Of a DNA stretch of 64,000 nt, positions 24,276-35,779 are shown one piece after another (the stretch's first letter is position 1; the number at the start of each line of letters is the position of its first letter). Location of the stretch: the NCBI RefSeq assembly GCF_017348835.2, contig NZ_CP071375.1. The stretch is one strand, 5' to 3'. The DNA is from Escherichia coli. Its GTDB lineage: Bacteria > Pseudomonadota > Gammaproteobacteria > Enterobacterales > Enterobacteriaceae. The position numbers and the translations under genes are program-made. A model generated the notes under the pieces. That model saw nothing but the letters and a program-made list of their open reading frames with translations. It did not search any database and had not been told where the DNA came from.

Positions 24276-24295
24276 ATTTATGTCTTTTTTCAGAA

Positions 24296-25636
24296 TCAAT
24301 GACGGCCGAAAACGGGACGTTTACGGTCAAAGGTCCAGCCGGGGATCAGGTACTGCATCGGGCCTGCGTCGTTACGCGCACCGCCAGGCAGACGTTCATA
24401 GGCCTCATGTGCCTTTTGTACCTGTTCCCAGTCCAGTTCCACGCCCAGACCGGGCGCATCAGGAACGGCAATTTTTCCGTTTTTAATCTCCAGCGGATTT
24501 TTGGTCAGGCGACAGTCGCCCTCCTGCCAAATCCAGTGGGTATCGATAGCGGTAGGATTACCCGGTGCCGCCGCGCCCACATGGGTAAACATCGCCAGAG
24601 AGATATCGAAATGGTTATTAGAATGGCAGCCCCAGGTCAGCCCCCAGTCGTCGCAAAGCTGCGCCACACGGACTGCACCGGAAAGCGTCCAGAAGTGCGG
24701 ATCGGCAAGTGGAATATCTACCGCATTGAGCATCACCGCATGACCCATTTCGCGCCAGTTGGTGGCGATCATGTTAGTCGCGACGGGCAAGCCGGTCGCC
24801 CGCCGAAACTCCGCCATCACTTCACGTCCGGAGAAGCCCTGTTCTGCGCCGCATGGATCTTCGGCATAGGTAAGAACATCATTCAGCCCTTTGCACAGAG
24901 AAATGGCTTCATCAAGCAGCCATGCACCGTTGGGATCAACGGTAATCCGCGCATCCGGGAAGCGTTTCTTCAATGCACGAACAGTGTCGATTTCTTGCTC
25001 GCCAGGTAACACGCCGCCCTTAAGTTTGAAATCTTTAAAGCCGTAGCGATCCTGTGAGGCTTCCGCCAGACGCACAACGGCTTCGCTGTTCATCGCTTTC
25101 TGATGGCGCAACTGATACCACTCATGGTTGCCCGGCGTATTTTCCAGATAAGGAAGATCGGTTTTGGTCCGATCACCGATATAAAACAGATAACCGAGGA
25201 CGGTAATAGCATCGCGTTGTTTGCCTGGTCCTAATAGTTCGCAGACCGGAACATTCAGCGCCTTACCTAGCAGGTCAAGCAAGGCGGCTTCCAACGCCGC
25301 CACGGCATTAACGCGCAATTCAAAAGTCCAGGCTCCTTTACCGAAGGTATCAAAATCGGCGGCCTGATTACCTTTATGCACCTGCTGAACCACTTTATTC
25401 AGGCGCGCAACTTCCTGGCCCAGCACCATCGGAATAGCTTCGACCAGTGTTTGATAAATCACCTCTCCGCCCGGCGCTTCACCAATGCCGGTATGCCCGG
25501 CATTATCGGTGAGTACCACGATATTGCGGGTGAAGTATGCGTTATGCGCACCACCAATATTGAGCAACATGCTGTCATGTCCGGCGACCGGAATGACTTT
25601 CATATCAGTAATAACAGGACTGGATTGTGTCGTCAT
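24296..25636 (-). CDS. gudX: Glucarate dehydratase-related protein (enolase superfamily paralog)
   Basis: 446-aa [29 protein letters not shown]...; clear paralog of the downstream gudD. Confidence 0.95.
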   Translation of the reverse strand: MTTQSSPVITDMKVIPVAGHDSMLLNIGGAHNAYFTRNIVVLTDNAGHTGIGEAPGGEVIYQTLVEAIPMVLGQEVARLNKVVQQVHKGNQAADFDTFGKGAWTFELRVNAVAALEAALLDLLGKALNVPVCELLGPGKQRDAITVLGYLFYIGDRTKTDLPYLENTPGNHEWYQLRHQKAMNSEAVVRLAEASQDRYGFKDFKLKGGVLPGEQEIDTVRALKKRFPDARITVDPNGAWLLDEAISLCKGLNDVLTYAEDPCGAEQGFSGREVMAEFRRATGLPVATNMIATNWREMGHAVMLNAVDIPLADPHFWTLSGAVRVAQLCDDWGLTWGCHSNNHFDISLAMFTHVGAAAPGNPTAIDTHWIWQEGDCRLTKNPLEIKNGKIAVPDAPGLGVELDWEQVQKAHEAYERLPGGARNDAGPMQYLIPGWTFDRKRPVFGRH

Positions 25637-26502
25637 CTTATTGCCCCGCGACAGGTTTCAGCTCGATACGCTTGATATCGCCCACCAGCACCAGGTAGCT
25701 CAGTACCGCGATTAAGGCATGAACACCAACATAAATCAGCGCCCCATTAAACGAGCCAGTCGTGCCAACGATATAACCAATTGCGATTGGCGTGACGATG
25801 CCAGAAATGTTACCGAACATGTTGAACAGGCCACCGGAAAGACCGCTGATCTCTTTTGGCGCGGTATCTGCCATTACTGCCCAACCCAGCGCCCCAATGC
25901 CCTTACCGAAGAAGGCCAGCGCCATAAAGCCGATGATCATCCACTCAACGTTGACGTAGTTGCAGAACACCATCACCATCGACAGCAACATGCCCATTAC
26001 GATCGGTGTTTTACGCGCAATGTTCAGCGATCCCGTGCGGCGCATCAGCCAGTCGGAAATAATCCCACCCAGCACACCACCGATAAAACCACAAACCGCC
26101 GGAACGGAAGCCACAAAGCCCGCTTTCAGAATCGACATCCCACGCGCCTGCACCAGATAAACCGGAAACCAGGTAATGAAAAAGTAAGTCAGGGCGTTGA
26201 TACAGTACTGACCGATATAAACGCCGATCATCATCCGTGACCCGAGCAGCTGTTTGATCTGCCCCCACTTCACGCTGAACGGCACTTTAACTTTGGTGTT
26301 TTGCTGATCCATATTGATCAGCGCGCCACCCGCGGCGATGTACTCCAGCTCTTTCTGATTTACCCCCGGATGTTGATTTGGCTCGTGGATGACTTTCAAC
26401 CAGATAAAGCTGATGACAATCCCCAGACCGCCCATAAAGAAGAAGACGTGAACCGCCCCGGAAATCCTGGAGACTAAACTCCCTGAGAAAGAGGTAAACA
26501 GG

Positions 26503-26829
26503 ATGACTAAAAATACTCGTTTTTCCCCCGAAGTCCGTCAGCGGGCGATTCGTATGGTTCTGGAAAGTCAGGATGAATATGACTCACAGTGGGCGGCAAT
26601 TTGTTCCATTGCCCCAAAGATTGGCTGTACGCCGGAGACTCTGCGTGTCTGGGTTCGCCAGCATGAGCGGGATACCGGGAGTGGTGATGGTGGACTCACC
26701 ACCGCTGAACGTCAGCGTCTGAAAGAGCTGGAACGTGAAAATCGTGAACTGCGCCGCAGTAACGATATCCTTCGCCAGGCTTCCGCTTATTTTGCGAAGG
26801 CGGAGTTCGACCGCCTCTGGAAAAAATAA
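26503..26829 (+). CDS. IS3-family transposase OrfA (HTH DNA-binding, leucine-zipper-like C-terminus)
   Basis: 108-aa [29 protein letters not shown]...; ends at an A6 run (26821-26826), the presumed -1 frameshift site. Confidence 0.9.
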   Translation: MTKNTRFSPEVRQRAIRMVLESQDEYDSQWAAICSIAPKIGCTPETLRVWVRQHERDTGSGDGGLTTAERQRLKELERENRELRRSNDILRQASAYFAKAEFDRLWKK

Positions 26830-27716
26830 TGCCACTGCTGGATAAGCTGCGTGAGCAGTACGGGGTCGGACCGGTATGCAGCGAACTGCATATTGCCCCG
26901 TCAACGTATTACCATTGTCAGCAACAGCGACATCATCCGGATAAACGCAGTGCCCGTGCGCAGCACGATGACTGGCTGAAGAAAGAGATACAGCGCGTAT
27001 ACGATGAAAATCACCAGGTATACGGTGTGCGTAAAGTCTGGCGTCAGTTGTTACGGGAAGGTATCAGAGTGGCCAGATGCACTGTGGCACGTCTCATGGC
27101 AGTTATGGGACTTGCCGGTGTTCTCCGGGGTAAAAAGGTCCGCACTACCGTCAGCCGGAAAGCCGTTGCCGCATGCGACCGCGTAAACCGTCAGTTCGTG
27201 GCAGAACGTCCAGACCAGTTGTGGGTGGCTGATTTTACCTGGGTAAGCACATGGCAGGGCTTCGTTTATGTGGCGTTCATCATTGATGTGTTCGCCGGAT
27301 ACATCGTGGGATGGCAGGTCTCATCATCCATGGAAACAACATTCGTGCTGGATGCACTGGAGCAGGCGTTGTGGGCCCGTCGGCCGTCCGGCACAATCCA
27401 TCACAGTGATAAAGGTTCTCAGTATGTATCGCTGGCCTACACGCAGCGGCTTAAGGAAGCCGGATTACTGGCATCAACAGGGAGTACTGGCGACTCGTAT
27501 GACAACGCGATGGCTGAGAGCATCAATGGTCTTTACAAAGCGGAGGTAATACACCGTAAGAGCTGGAAAAACCGTGCAGAAGTGGAACTGGCCACACTCA
27601 CGTGGGTGGACTGGTATAACAATCGACGATTGCTGGAAAGGCTGGGCCATATTCCTCCGGCAGAAGCAGAAAAAGCTTATTATGCTTCCATCGGAAATAA
27701 TGATCTGGCAGCCTGA
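26829..27716 (+). CDS. IS3-family transposase OrfB (DDE integrase-core / rve domain)
   Basis: 295-aa ORF in -1 frame relative to orfA; ...YGVRKVWRQLLREGIRVARCTVARLM...HSDKGSQYVS...YDNAMAESINGLYKAE. Confidence 0.9.
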   Translation: MPLLDKLREQYGVGPVCSELHIAPSTYYHCQQQRHHPDKRSARAQHDDWLKKEIQRVYDENHQVYGVRKVWRQLLREGIRVARCTVARLMAVMGLAGVLRGKKVRTTVSRKAVAACDRVNRQFVAERPDQLWVADFTWVSTWQGFVYVAFIIDVFAGYIVGWQVSSSMETTFVLDALEQALWARRPSGTIHHSDKGSQYVSLAYTQRLKEAGLLASTGSTGDSYDNAMAESINGLYKAEVIHRKSWKNRAEVELATLTWVDWYNNRRLLERLGHIPPAEAEKAYYASIGNNDLAA

Positions 27717-28629
27717 GTTCACAGATAAAACACTCTCCAGGAAACCCGGGGCGGTTCAGACGTGTGACCAGCCCACTTCATGCGTCAGCCAGCCCATAAT
27801 CGGCGCGAAGATCACCGTTGCGAAGTATTGAGCGGAGTTAAAAATCGACACCGCCGTTCCCCTTTCCTGCGCCGGAAACCAGGCCGCAACAATGCGACTG
27901 TTGCCGGGGAAAGATGGCGCTTCAGCAAGCCCGACCAGGAAGCGCAGAGTAAACAGGGCAACGATAATGCCGAATCCACTAAAGATATCGACGAAGCCTT
28001 GCAGCAAGGTAAACATCGACCAGATAAAGATCGACCAGAAGTAGACGCGTTTTGAACCAAAACGATCCAGCAACCAACCACCAGGGATCTGCCCGATAAC
28101 ATAAGCCCATGAGAAGGCAGAGAACACATAGCCCATTCCCACGGGATCAAGGCCGATATCTTTGGCCATTTCCGAACCGGCAATAGAAAGCGTAGCGCGG
28201 TCGCCGTAGTTGAAGGATGTGACGATAAACAACATCACCACTATCCAGTAACGAGCATTCGTGCGTTTTTCCACACTGCTCGCAGCCTGACTTAAAGAAC
28301 TCATTGTTGCACTCCTGAAAATTCGCGTTAGCCACGCTCACTCTGGACTGCGACATCGCCAGGAAATCAGAGGTGACGTAGGGTGTTTTTTGCCGTTTTT
28401 ATAGGTCGTTCGCCGAATACGGCGCGTGTTTATATCTGGCAATAGCAGTATAAAAAGCGCGCCATAGCGGCTCACCGTGCAACAACACAACATTAATGCG
28501 TTCAATGAGGCCCGATTTTGGCATTAGCCCTGGACGGTGGAATCCACTTCACGGAAATGAAAACAAGAACAAGAAAGGAAGGGTTAAAACGAAGAAATAA
28601 AGAAGAGTATGAAATGGATCGCTTGACTC

Positions 28630-28686
28630 CAGGCAAACGCCAGTAAAAATCCGCGCTATGAAGCAGTTTTTACTGGCATTTGCCTG
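28630..28686. other. Long imperfect palindrome (20-nt arms, 17-nt loop) in the yqcA-gudP intergenic region
   Basis: CAGGCAAACGCCAGTAAAAA (28630-28649) pairs with TTTTTACTGGCATTTGCCTG (28667-28686), 19/20 complementary. Confidence 0.6.
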
Positions 28687-28738
28687 AAAAGATTCGATTC
28701 AGCACCGCTAAAACGACATTTACCGCTCGCTGAACATA

Positions 28739-29188
28739 TCAGGACAACAGCGTGCCCCACTGTTCGACCCACGGATTTGATTCCGTTTCCGGTTCCGGGT
28801 TCTCACTGGCGTCAATCAACAGCATTTCGCCAACCCGCTGAGCGCTCTGTTCCTGCAACAAGGCATCGAACTGTTTGCCGCCATTGCAGAAATTTACATA
28901 ACTGCTGTCGCCGAGCGCAATCACGCCATAACGCAGATTCGGCTGGAAGCCCAGACTATCTTTGATTCCCTGAAAGAGCGGCACAATGCTATCAGGAAGG
29001 TCGCCCTGCCCGGTCGTGGACGTAACCACCAGAACATACTTATCCTGATAGGGCAGCCAGTCGCTTAATTCAGGATCTTCAAATACCGTTGCTTTGTGGC
29101 CCTGTGCGGTCAGAATTGCTTCTGCTTCTTCCGCCACTAACAGCGAATTTCCGTACATGGTGCCGACAAAAATACCAATTTCCGCCAT
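28739..29188 (-). CDS. yqcA: Flavodoxin-like protein
   Basis: 149-aa [29 protein letters not shown]...; flavodoxin FMN-binding N-terminus. Confidence 0.9.
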
Positions 29189-29205
29189 ACCGTTTTCTCC
29201 CTGGA

Positions 29206-29988
29206 TTAGGAACTTATCTCTCCATCCTGACCCGATGGCGCACTGAACTCAACCCTTTCATTTTCAGGAAGCAGACCCCGCCAGCCAAATTGTGATAACG
29301 CCTGCATCCAGGTGTCGTCCAGGCCCGCGTGAATAGTCAGCGGCTCGCCAGTAAAAGGATGCGTCAATGACAACTGACTGGCATGCAGCATTAAGCGCTG
29401 AAGGCCAAAATGCTCAGCACCGCTGCGATTCTGGCGTAAATCGCCATGTTTGCTATCGCCAATAATCGGATGACGCAAATGGGCAAGATGGCGACGGAGC
29501 TGGTGCTTGCGTCCGGTTTTCGGCTCCAGTTCCACCAGGCCGTAGCGCGTGGTCGGGTAACGTCCGGTCGCGACCGGCATTTCTACGGTCGCCAGACCGC
29601 GATAATGCGTCACTGCTGGCTGCGGGCCTTTATCTTCGCGGGCAAATTTATCAGCGATTTTGTCCAGTTCTTCCACCAGTGGATAATCCAGCACCGCTTC
29701 TTCCATCAACCAGCCGCGCACAATCGCATGGTAACGTTTCTGGATTTGGTGCTGTTCAAACTGTTGTGCCAGCAGCCGTCCGGCCTCGCTGGATAATCCC
29801 ATCAACAACACACCAGAAGTTGGTCGGTCCAGACGATGAGCAGTAAAAACATGCTGTCCTATCTGGTCACGCACGGTTTGCATGACCACTACTTTCTCGT
29901 CGCGATCCAGCCAGCTGCGGTGAACCAGCCAGCCGGAGGGTTTATTTACCGCAACCAGCCATTCATCCTGATAGAGTATTTCCAGCAT
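29206..29988 (-). CDS. truC: tRNA pseudouridine(65) synthase
   Basis: 260-aa ORF, RluA-family catalytic motif ([13 protein letters not shown]). Confidence 0.93.
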
Positions 29989-30317
29989 TAGCTCGCATCA
30001 TCCGCAAAAAGAGCATCCAGTTTTTCCAACTCAGTCAGAATAAGCGCGCGTTGCGGATGGTCCGTCGCCAGCGCCATTTCATAATAGGGTGCAACGGCAA
30101 AAGCGCCCGGTAACGGCTGGTTGTTATCTAACAAATCGTGCATTCGTGGGATCAGCACCCACTGCAACCACTCCAGTGGTTCCATGGTGTCCATAAAGAA
30201 CGGTTGGGTACTGTTAAATTGATGCGGCTGGGGTTCATCGTTTCGCCAGTGCTGATGTTCACGCAGTAACGCTTCAAGCGCCTGCAACTGGAGACGAACG
30301 CGGTCATGAGTGGTCAT
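29988..30317 (-). CDS. yqcC: DUF446-family protein
   Basis: 109-aa ORF MTTHDRVRLQLQALEALLREHQHWRNDEPQ...; stop overlaps truC start. Confidence 0.85.
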   Translation of the reverse strand: MTTHDRVRLQLQALEALLREHQHWRNDEPQPHQFNSTQPFFMDTMEPLEWLQWVLIPRMHDLLDNNQPLPGAFAVAPYYEMALATDHPQRALILTELEKLDALFADDAS

Positions 30318-30360
30318 AAAGCAACCTCAATAAGAAAAACTGCCGCGAAGGATAGCAGGA

Positions 30361-30719
30361 ATAAAAAAAGGGAGCACTGTATTCACAGTGCTCCCGGTTC
30401 GTTTCGCAGCATTCCAGCTACTTTTGTTGCTCCCTGCTCATCCTTGACAACTTTTCCTCTGGCCTTGCGGCCAATCGTTCATCCTGAACTATTGCTTCCT
30501 GCTCACACCACCCCGATGTGATACTTCATCCTGAAGTGTCCCTGGCCTTCCTGACCCACCGAATCATCCTGACCGGTTCTCATTCTCCATCCTGGAGGTG
30601 TCCTTTAACGCGTCCTGCGTCATCCTCTTCGCTTCATCCAGAAGCCTTTCCCTGAAACACCATCCTGGTGTGTCCTTCAGAAGTGTCATCATCCTGATGT
30701 TCACTTCGTTGTCTGACTC
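30361..30719 (-). ncRNA. csrB: CsrB small regulatory RNA (CsrA-sequestering)
   Basis: Minus-strand transcript with about 18 GGA-containing motifs (CAGGATG/AGGATG family, seen as CATCCTG on the plus strand), ending in hairpin GGGAGCACTG-loop-CAGTGCTCCC plus U-tract (30363-30395); 5' end approximate. Confidence 0.85.
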
Positions 30720-30938
30720 CCTGTCGACGAAGATAGAATCGTCTTTTTCGCGAAGTCTTACAAGGCGCTTACAGACAATGCCTTAAGGAAAATTTCATAT
30801 GAAAGTTAAGAATTAACAAGCAACATATTGATTTTAAATGAAAATAACGATTCTTATCTTTTTAAGTATTCGCTTATTTCCTGGCGATCTCCTACAGAGT
30901 CTGTAAGAGATCTCTCACAACCAGATGGGGTATTTGGA

Positions 30939-31484
30939 TTACAGAAGAGGCTTAAGTTGATTAAGGAATTCCGCAAGATTTGAGGCTAAATGCGTCCGTT
31001 TACGTGTTCCCAGCGTCTCTTTACACACTTCACCGGAGAGATTACACACCGAGATGACCTCTAACTCTTCTTCCAGCGTCGCGATAAATAGCGTGGGCGG
31101 CAGTTTTAGCCTTTTCTGAGTCACCAGATGACCAATCAGATTTTCCTGCACCCGACGGAAGTCGTCTTCACTCCAGGTTTGCAGCAATGTCAGTTTGATA
31201 TCGCCAAACTGCGCGTGCATATCCCCGGCAAACTGAGTCGTATAAAAGGTATGAATTGTGGGTTGTATCACAATATCAAAAGCGCGTTCAACCGCGTTTA
31301 CATTTTGTTCCCCGGTAAACGGCTGGGGTTGCCAGTATACGGCATCTTCAGTAGTTGAAATAATGCACGGTGAAGGAACGCCGTACAGTTCCTCACTTAA
31401 CGGCCAGCTTTTATGCTCTTCCTGCCACGCATCGCAGTAGCGTGCAGTAAAATCTTTCAGGGCTTGTGCGGTCAAATCGTCCAC
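30939..31484 (-). CDS. syd: SecY-interacting protein Syd
   Basis: 181-aa [42 protein letters not shown]... Confidence 0.93.
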   Translation of the reverse strand: MDDLTAQALKDFTARYCDAWQEEHKSWPLSEELYGVPSPCIISTTEDAVYWQPQPFTGEQNVNAVERAFDIVIQPTIHTFYTTQFAGDMHAQFGDIKLTLLQTWSEDDFRRVQENLIGHLVTQKRLKLPPTLFIATLEEELEVISVCNLSGEVCKETLGTRKRTHLASNLAEFLNQLKPLL

Positions 31485-31551
31485 TAATTTCTCTCTTCAC
31501 TTAAACCAGATACACTTGTCGTTTAGTTTATCTGGTTTATGACGGTGAAAC

Positions 31552-32400
31552 ATGTCTTCTTATGCAAACCATCAGGCACTTGCGGGCCTGACTCTTGGAA
31601 AATCAACCGATTACCGGGATACCTATGACGCCAGCCTACTGCAAGGCGTTCCACGCAGCCTGAATCGCGACCCGCTGGGTCTGAAAGCGGATAACCTGTC
31701 TTTTCACGGTACGGATATCTGGACGCTGTATGAACTTTCCTGGCTGAATGCGAAAGGGTTGCCGCAGGTCGCTGTCGGTCATGTTGAACTTGATTACACC
31801 AGCGTAAATCTGATTGAGTCGAAGAGTTTTAAGCTCTATCTCAACAGTTTTAACCAGACGCGTTTTAATAACTGGGATGAGGTGCGCCAGACGCTGGAGC
31901 GCGACTTAAGCACTTGCGCTCAGGGTGAGGTTAGCGTGGCGTTATATCGTCTTGATGAACTGGAAGGCCAGCCGATAGGTCATTTCAATGGCACTTGCAT
32001 TGATGACCAGGATATCACTATCGATAACTATGAATTCACTACTGACTATCTGGAGAATGCCACCAGTGGTGAAAAAGTAGTGGAAGAGACGCTTGTCAGC
32101 CACCTGCTGAAATCAAACTGCCTGATCACCCATCAACCAGATTGGGGGTCGATCCAAATTCAGTATCGTGGACGCCAAATTGACAGAGAAAAACTGCTGC
32201 GTTACCTGGTCTCTTTCCGCCATCACAACGAGTTCCACGAACAGTGCGTGGAACGCATCTTTAATGACCTGTTACGCTTCTGCCAGCCAGAGAAATTGAG
32301 CGTTTACGCACGTTATACCCGTCGTGGCGGTCTGGACATTAACCCGTGGCGCAGTAATAGCGATTTTGTCCCATCGACCACAAGACTGGTTCGGCAATAA
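31552..32400 (+). CDS. queF: NADPH-dependent 7-cyano-7-deazaguanine reductase
   Basis: 282-aa [34 protein letters not shown]... Confidence 0.95.
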   Translation: MSSYANHQALAGLTLGKSTDYRDTYDASLLQGVPRSLNRDPLGLKADNLSFHGTDIWTLYELSWLNAKGLPQVAVGHVELDYTSVNLIESKSFKLYLNSFNQTRFNNWDEVRQTLERDLSTCAQGEVSVALYRLDELEGQPIGHFNGTCIDDQDITIDNYEFTTDYLENATSGEKVVEETLVSHLLKSNCLITHQPDWGSIQIQYRGRQIDREKLLRYLVSFRHHNEFHEQCVERIFNDLLRFCQPEKLSVYARYTRRGGLDINPWRSNSDFVPSTTRLVRQ

Positions 32401-32511
32401 ATTTTTTCTCAATTTTGCGTGCTGGATTCACGCAGAAGGTTGTGAAAGGTCATCAGGCAGGGCTATTGTAATCAAAGGGAATGACGATATTCGTCCCATA
32501 AGGAGTTTTTC

Positions 32512-33876
32512 TTGATTACACATATTAGCCCGCTTGGCTCCATGGATATGTTGTCGCAGCTGGAAGTGGATATGCTTAAACGCACCGCCAGCAGCGACCT
32601 CTATCAACTGTTTCGCAACTGTTCACTTGCCGTACTGAACTCCGGTAGTTTGACCGATAACAGCAAAGAATTGCTGTCTCGTTTTGAAAATTTCGATATT
32701 AACGTCCTGCGCCGTGAACGCGGCGTAAAGCTGGAACTGATTAATCCCCCGGAAGAGGCTTTTGTCGATGGGCGAATTATTCGCGCTTTGCAGGCCAACT
32801 TGTTCGCGGTTCTGCGAGACATTCTCTTCGTTTACGGGCAAATCCATAATACCGTTCGTTTTCCCAACCTGAATCTCGACAACTCCGTCCACATCACTAA
32901 CCTGGTCTTTTCCATCTTGCGTAACGCTCGCGCGCTGCATGTGGGTGAAGCGCCAAATATGGTGGTCTGCTGGGGCGGTCACTCAATTAACGAAAATGAG
33001 TATTTGTATGCCCGTCGCGTTGGAAACCAGCTGGGCCTGCGTGAGCTGAATATCTGCACCGGCTGTGGTCCGGGAGCGATGGAAGCGCCGATGAAAGGTG
33101 CTGCCGTCGGACACGCGCAGCAGCGTTACAAAGACAGTCGTTTTATTGGTATGACAGAGCCGTCGATTATCGCCGCTGAACCGCCTAACCCGCTGGTCAA
33201 CGAATTGATCATCATGCCGGATATCGAAAAACGTCTGGAAGCGTTTGTCCGTATCGCTCACGGCATCATTATCTTCCCTGGCGGTGTGGGTACGGCAGAA
33301 GAGTTGCTGTATTTGCTGGGAATTTTAATGAACCCGGCCAACAAAGATCAGGTTTTACCATTGATCCTCACCGGCCCGAAAGAGAGCGCCGACTACTTCC
33401 GCGTACTGGACGAGTTTGTCGTACATACGCTGGGCGAAAACGCGCGCCGCCATTACCGCATCATCATTGATGACGCCGCTGAAGTCGCTCGTCAGATGAA
33501 AAAATCGATGCCGCTGGTGAAAGAAAATCGCCGCGACACTGGTGACGCTTACAGCTTTAACTGGTCAATGCGCATTGCACCAGATTTGCAAATGCCGTTT
33601 GAGCCGTCTCACGAGAATATGGCTAATCTGAAGCTTTACCCGGATCAACCTGTTGAAGTGCTGGCTGCCGACCTGCGCCGTGCGTTCTCCGGTATTGTGG
33701 CGGGTAACGTAAAAGAAGTCGGTATTCGCGCCATTGAAGAGTTTGGTCCTTACAAAATCAACGGCGATAAAGAGATTATGCGTCGTATGGACGACCTGCT
33801 ACAGGGTTTTGTTGCCCAGCATCGTATGAAGTTGCCAGGCTCAGCCTACATCCCTTGCTACGAAATCTGCACGTAA
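32512..33876 (+). CDS. ppnN: Pyrimidine/purine nucleotide 5'-monophosphate nucleosidase (LOG-family)
   Basis: 454-aa [39 protein letters not shown]... Confidence 0.93.
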
Positions 33877-34432
33877 TCTCCCCTCCCCCGGTGACGTTTG
33901 TTGCCGGGTTTTCTCGTTTTTGGTCACTTACTCATCAACTCATTTCATTTGTTATATGAATGTTTCTTACCACCCTCACGCGACAAATATCATCACAGTT
34001 AATATGTCATACAATTTATATTGCAACGCAAACGTTTCCCTATTTTCATAAACCGTATTTTATCGCTATGAAAAAGAAATTATCGCCATGATTAACTAAA
34101 AGTATTGATTTTTTCAGTTCAACCTACATATATTGCGCGCCCCGGAAGAAGTCAGATGTCGTTTAATGGGCAAATATTGCCTTTAAATTCTCTTTTACTT
34201 TTGATTTACAGAGTAAAGCGTTGGGATAATCTATCTTCCAAGTAGATTATTGTATTTGGGATCAAGATCACTGATAGATACATAACTTGTGTGTATCTTT
34301 CCGCCCTCAAATTATTACGGCGGTAAATGATTAAGCCATCGCCGATAGACAGATTTCATTTTTACGGTCAGGCACCTTCCCGGGCTGAACTGGCTAAAAG
34401 CTGAATTATTTGCATTCCTCCAGGAGAAATAG

Positions 34433-35722
34433 ATGGAAACGACTCAAACCAGCACGATTGCGTCGAAAGACTCTCGTAGTGCCTGGCGCAAGACAGACAC
34501 CATGTGGATGCTGGGCCTTTACGGCACGGCAATCGGCGCGGGCGTGCTGTTCCTGCCAATCAACGCCGGTGTTGGCGGTATGATCCCGCTGATCATCATG
34601 GCTATCCTTGCGTTCCCGATGACGTTTTTTGCTCACCGCGGCCTGACTCGCTTCGTACTGTCTGGTAAAAACCCGGGCGAAGACATCACCGAGGTTGTAG
34701 AAGAACACTTTGGTATTGGCGCAGGTAAACTGATTACCCTGCTCTACTTCTTCGCTATCTACCCGATCCTGCTGGTTTATAGCGTGGCAATCACCAATAC
34801 CGTTGAAAGCTTCATGTCTCACCAGCTGGGTATGACGCCACCGCCGCGTGCGATTCTGTCGCTGATCCTGATCGTGGGTATGATGACCATCGTTCGCTTC
34901 GGTGAGCAGATGATCGTTAAAGCGATGAGTATTCTGGTATTCCCGTTTGTTGGCGTACTGATGCTGCTGGCTCTGTACCTGATCCCGCAGTGGAACGGCG
35001 CAGCACTGGAAACGCTGTCTCTGGACACTGCATCTGCAACCGGAAACGGTCTGTGGATGACCCTGTGGCTGGCAATTCCGGTAATGGTGTTCTCGTTCAA
35101 CCACTCTCCGATCATCTCTTCTTTCGCCGTTGCGAAGCGTGAAGAGTACGGCGATATGGCAGAACAGAAATGCTCGAAGATCCTGGCATTCGCACACATC
35201 ATGATGGTGCTGACCGTAATGTTCTTCGTCTTCAGCTGTGTACTGAGCCTGACTCCGGCAGACCTGGCTGCGGCTAAAGAGCAGAACATCTCGATTCTGT
35301 CTTACCTGGCTAACCACTTTAACGCACCGGTTATCGCGTGGATGGCTCCGATTATCGCGATTATCGCTATCACCAAATCCTTCCTCGGCCACTACCTGGG
35401 CGCACGTGAAGGCTTCAACGGTATGGTGATTAAATCTCTGCGTGGTAAAGGTAAGTCTATCGAAATCAACAAGCTGAACCGTATCACTGCGCTGTTCATG
35501 CTGGTAACGACCTGGATTGTTGCCACCCTGAACCCGAGCATCCTGGGTATGATTGAAACCCTGGGCGGCCCAATCATCGCGATGATCCTGTTCCTGATGC
35601 CGATGTACGCAATTCAGAAAGTACCGGCAATGCGTAAGTACAGCGGTCACATCAGCAACGTATTCGTTGTCGTGATGGGTCTGATTGCAATCTCCGCAAT
35701 CTTCTACTCTCTGTTCAGCTAA
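34433..35722 (+). CDS. sdaC: Serine:H+ symporter (HAAAP family)
   Basis: 429-aa [49 protein letters not shown]...; RBS GGAGAAA upstream. Confidence 0.97.
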   Translation: METTQTSTIASKDSRSAWRKTDTMWMLGLYGTAIGAGVLFLPINAGVGGMIPLIIMAILAFPMTFFAHRGLTRFVLSGKNPGEDITEVVEEHFGIGAGKLITLLYFFAIYPILLVYSVAITNTVESFMSHQLGMTPPPRAILSLILIVGMMTIVRFGEQMIVKAMSILVFPFVGVLMLLALYLIPQWNGAALETLSLDTASATGNGLWMTLWLAIPVMVFSFNHSPIISSFAVAKREEYGDMAEQKCSKILAFAHIMMVLTVMFFVFSCVLSLTPADLAAAKEQNISILSYLANHFNAPVIAWMAPIIAIIAITKSFLGHYLGAREGFNGMVIKSLRGKGKSIEINKLNRITALFMLVTTWIVATLNPSILGMIETLGGPIIAMILFLMPMYAIQKVPAMRKYSGHISNVFVVVMGLIAISAIFYSLFS

Positions 35723-35779
35723 GTCCTTTCGCGCCGCTTTCGGGCGGCGCTTCCTCCGTTTTAACGCGATGTATTTCCT

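Larger units (their letters stand above)
26449..27758 (+). mobile_element. IS3-family insertion sequence, IS629-like, 1310 bp, with 4-bp target site duplication GACG
   Basis: Terminal inverted repeats TGAACCGCCCCGGaAATCCTGGAGA (left) and TCTCCAGGAAACCCGGGGCGGTTCA (right); flanking GACG at 26445-26448 and 27759-27762; two overlapping transposase ORFs. Confidence 0.9.
25638..28304 (-). pseudogene. gudP: D-glucarate/galactarate MFS permease gene interrupted by IS insertion (N-terminal fragment 27759..28304, C-terminal fragment 25638..26448)
   Basis: N-terminal 182-aa ORF terminates on a stop supplied by the IS end; the C-terminal fragment continues in frame once the IS and one TSD copy are removed (..WSHV|FFFMGGLGIV..), giving 450 codons. 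Confidence 0.9.

Noticed and set aside
24299-25009. 236-aa plus-strand ORF antisense to gudX
   Set aside because: Embedded antisense in gudX; Arg/Gly-rich composition from the GC-rich reverse frame.
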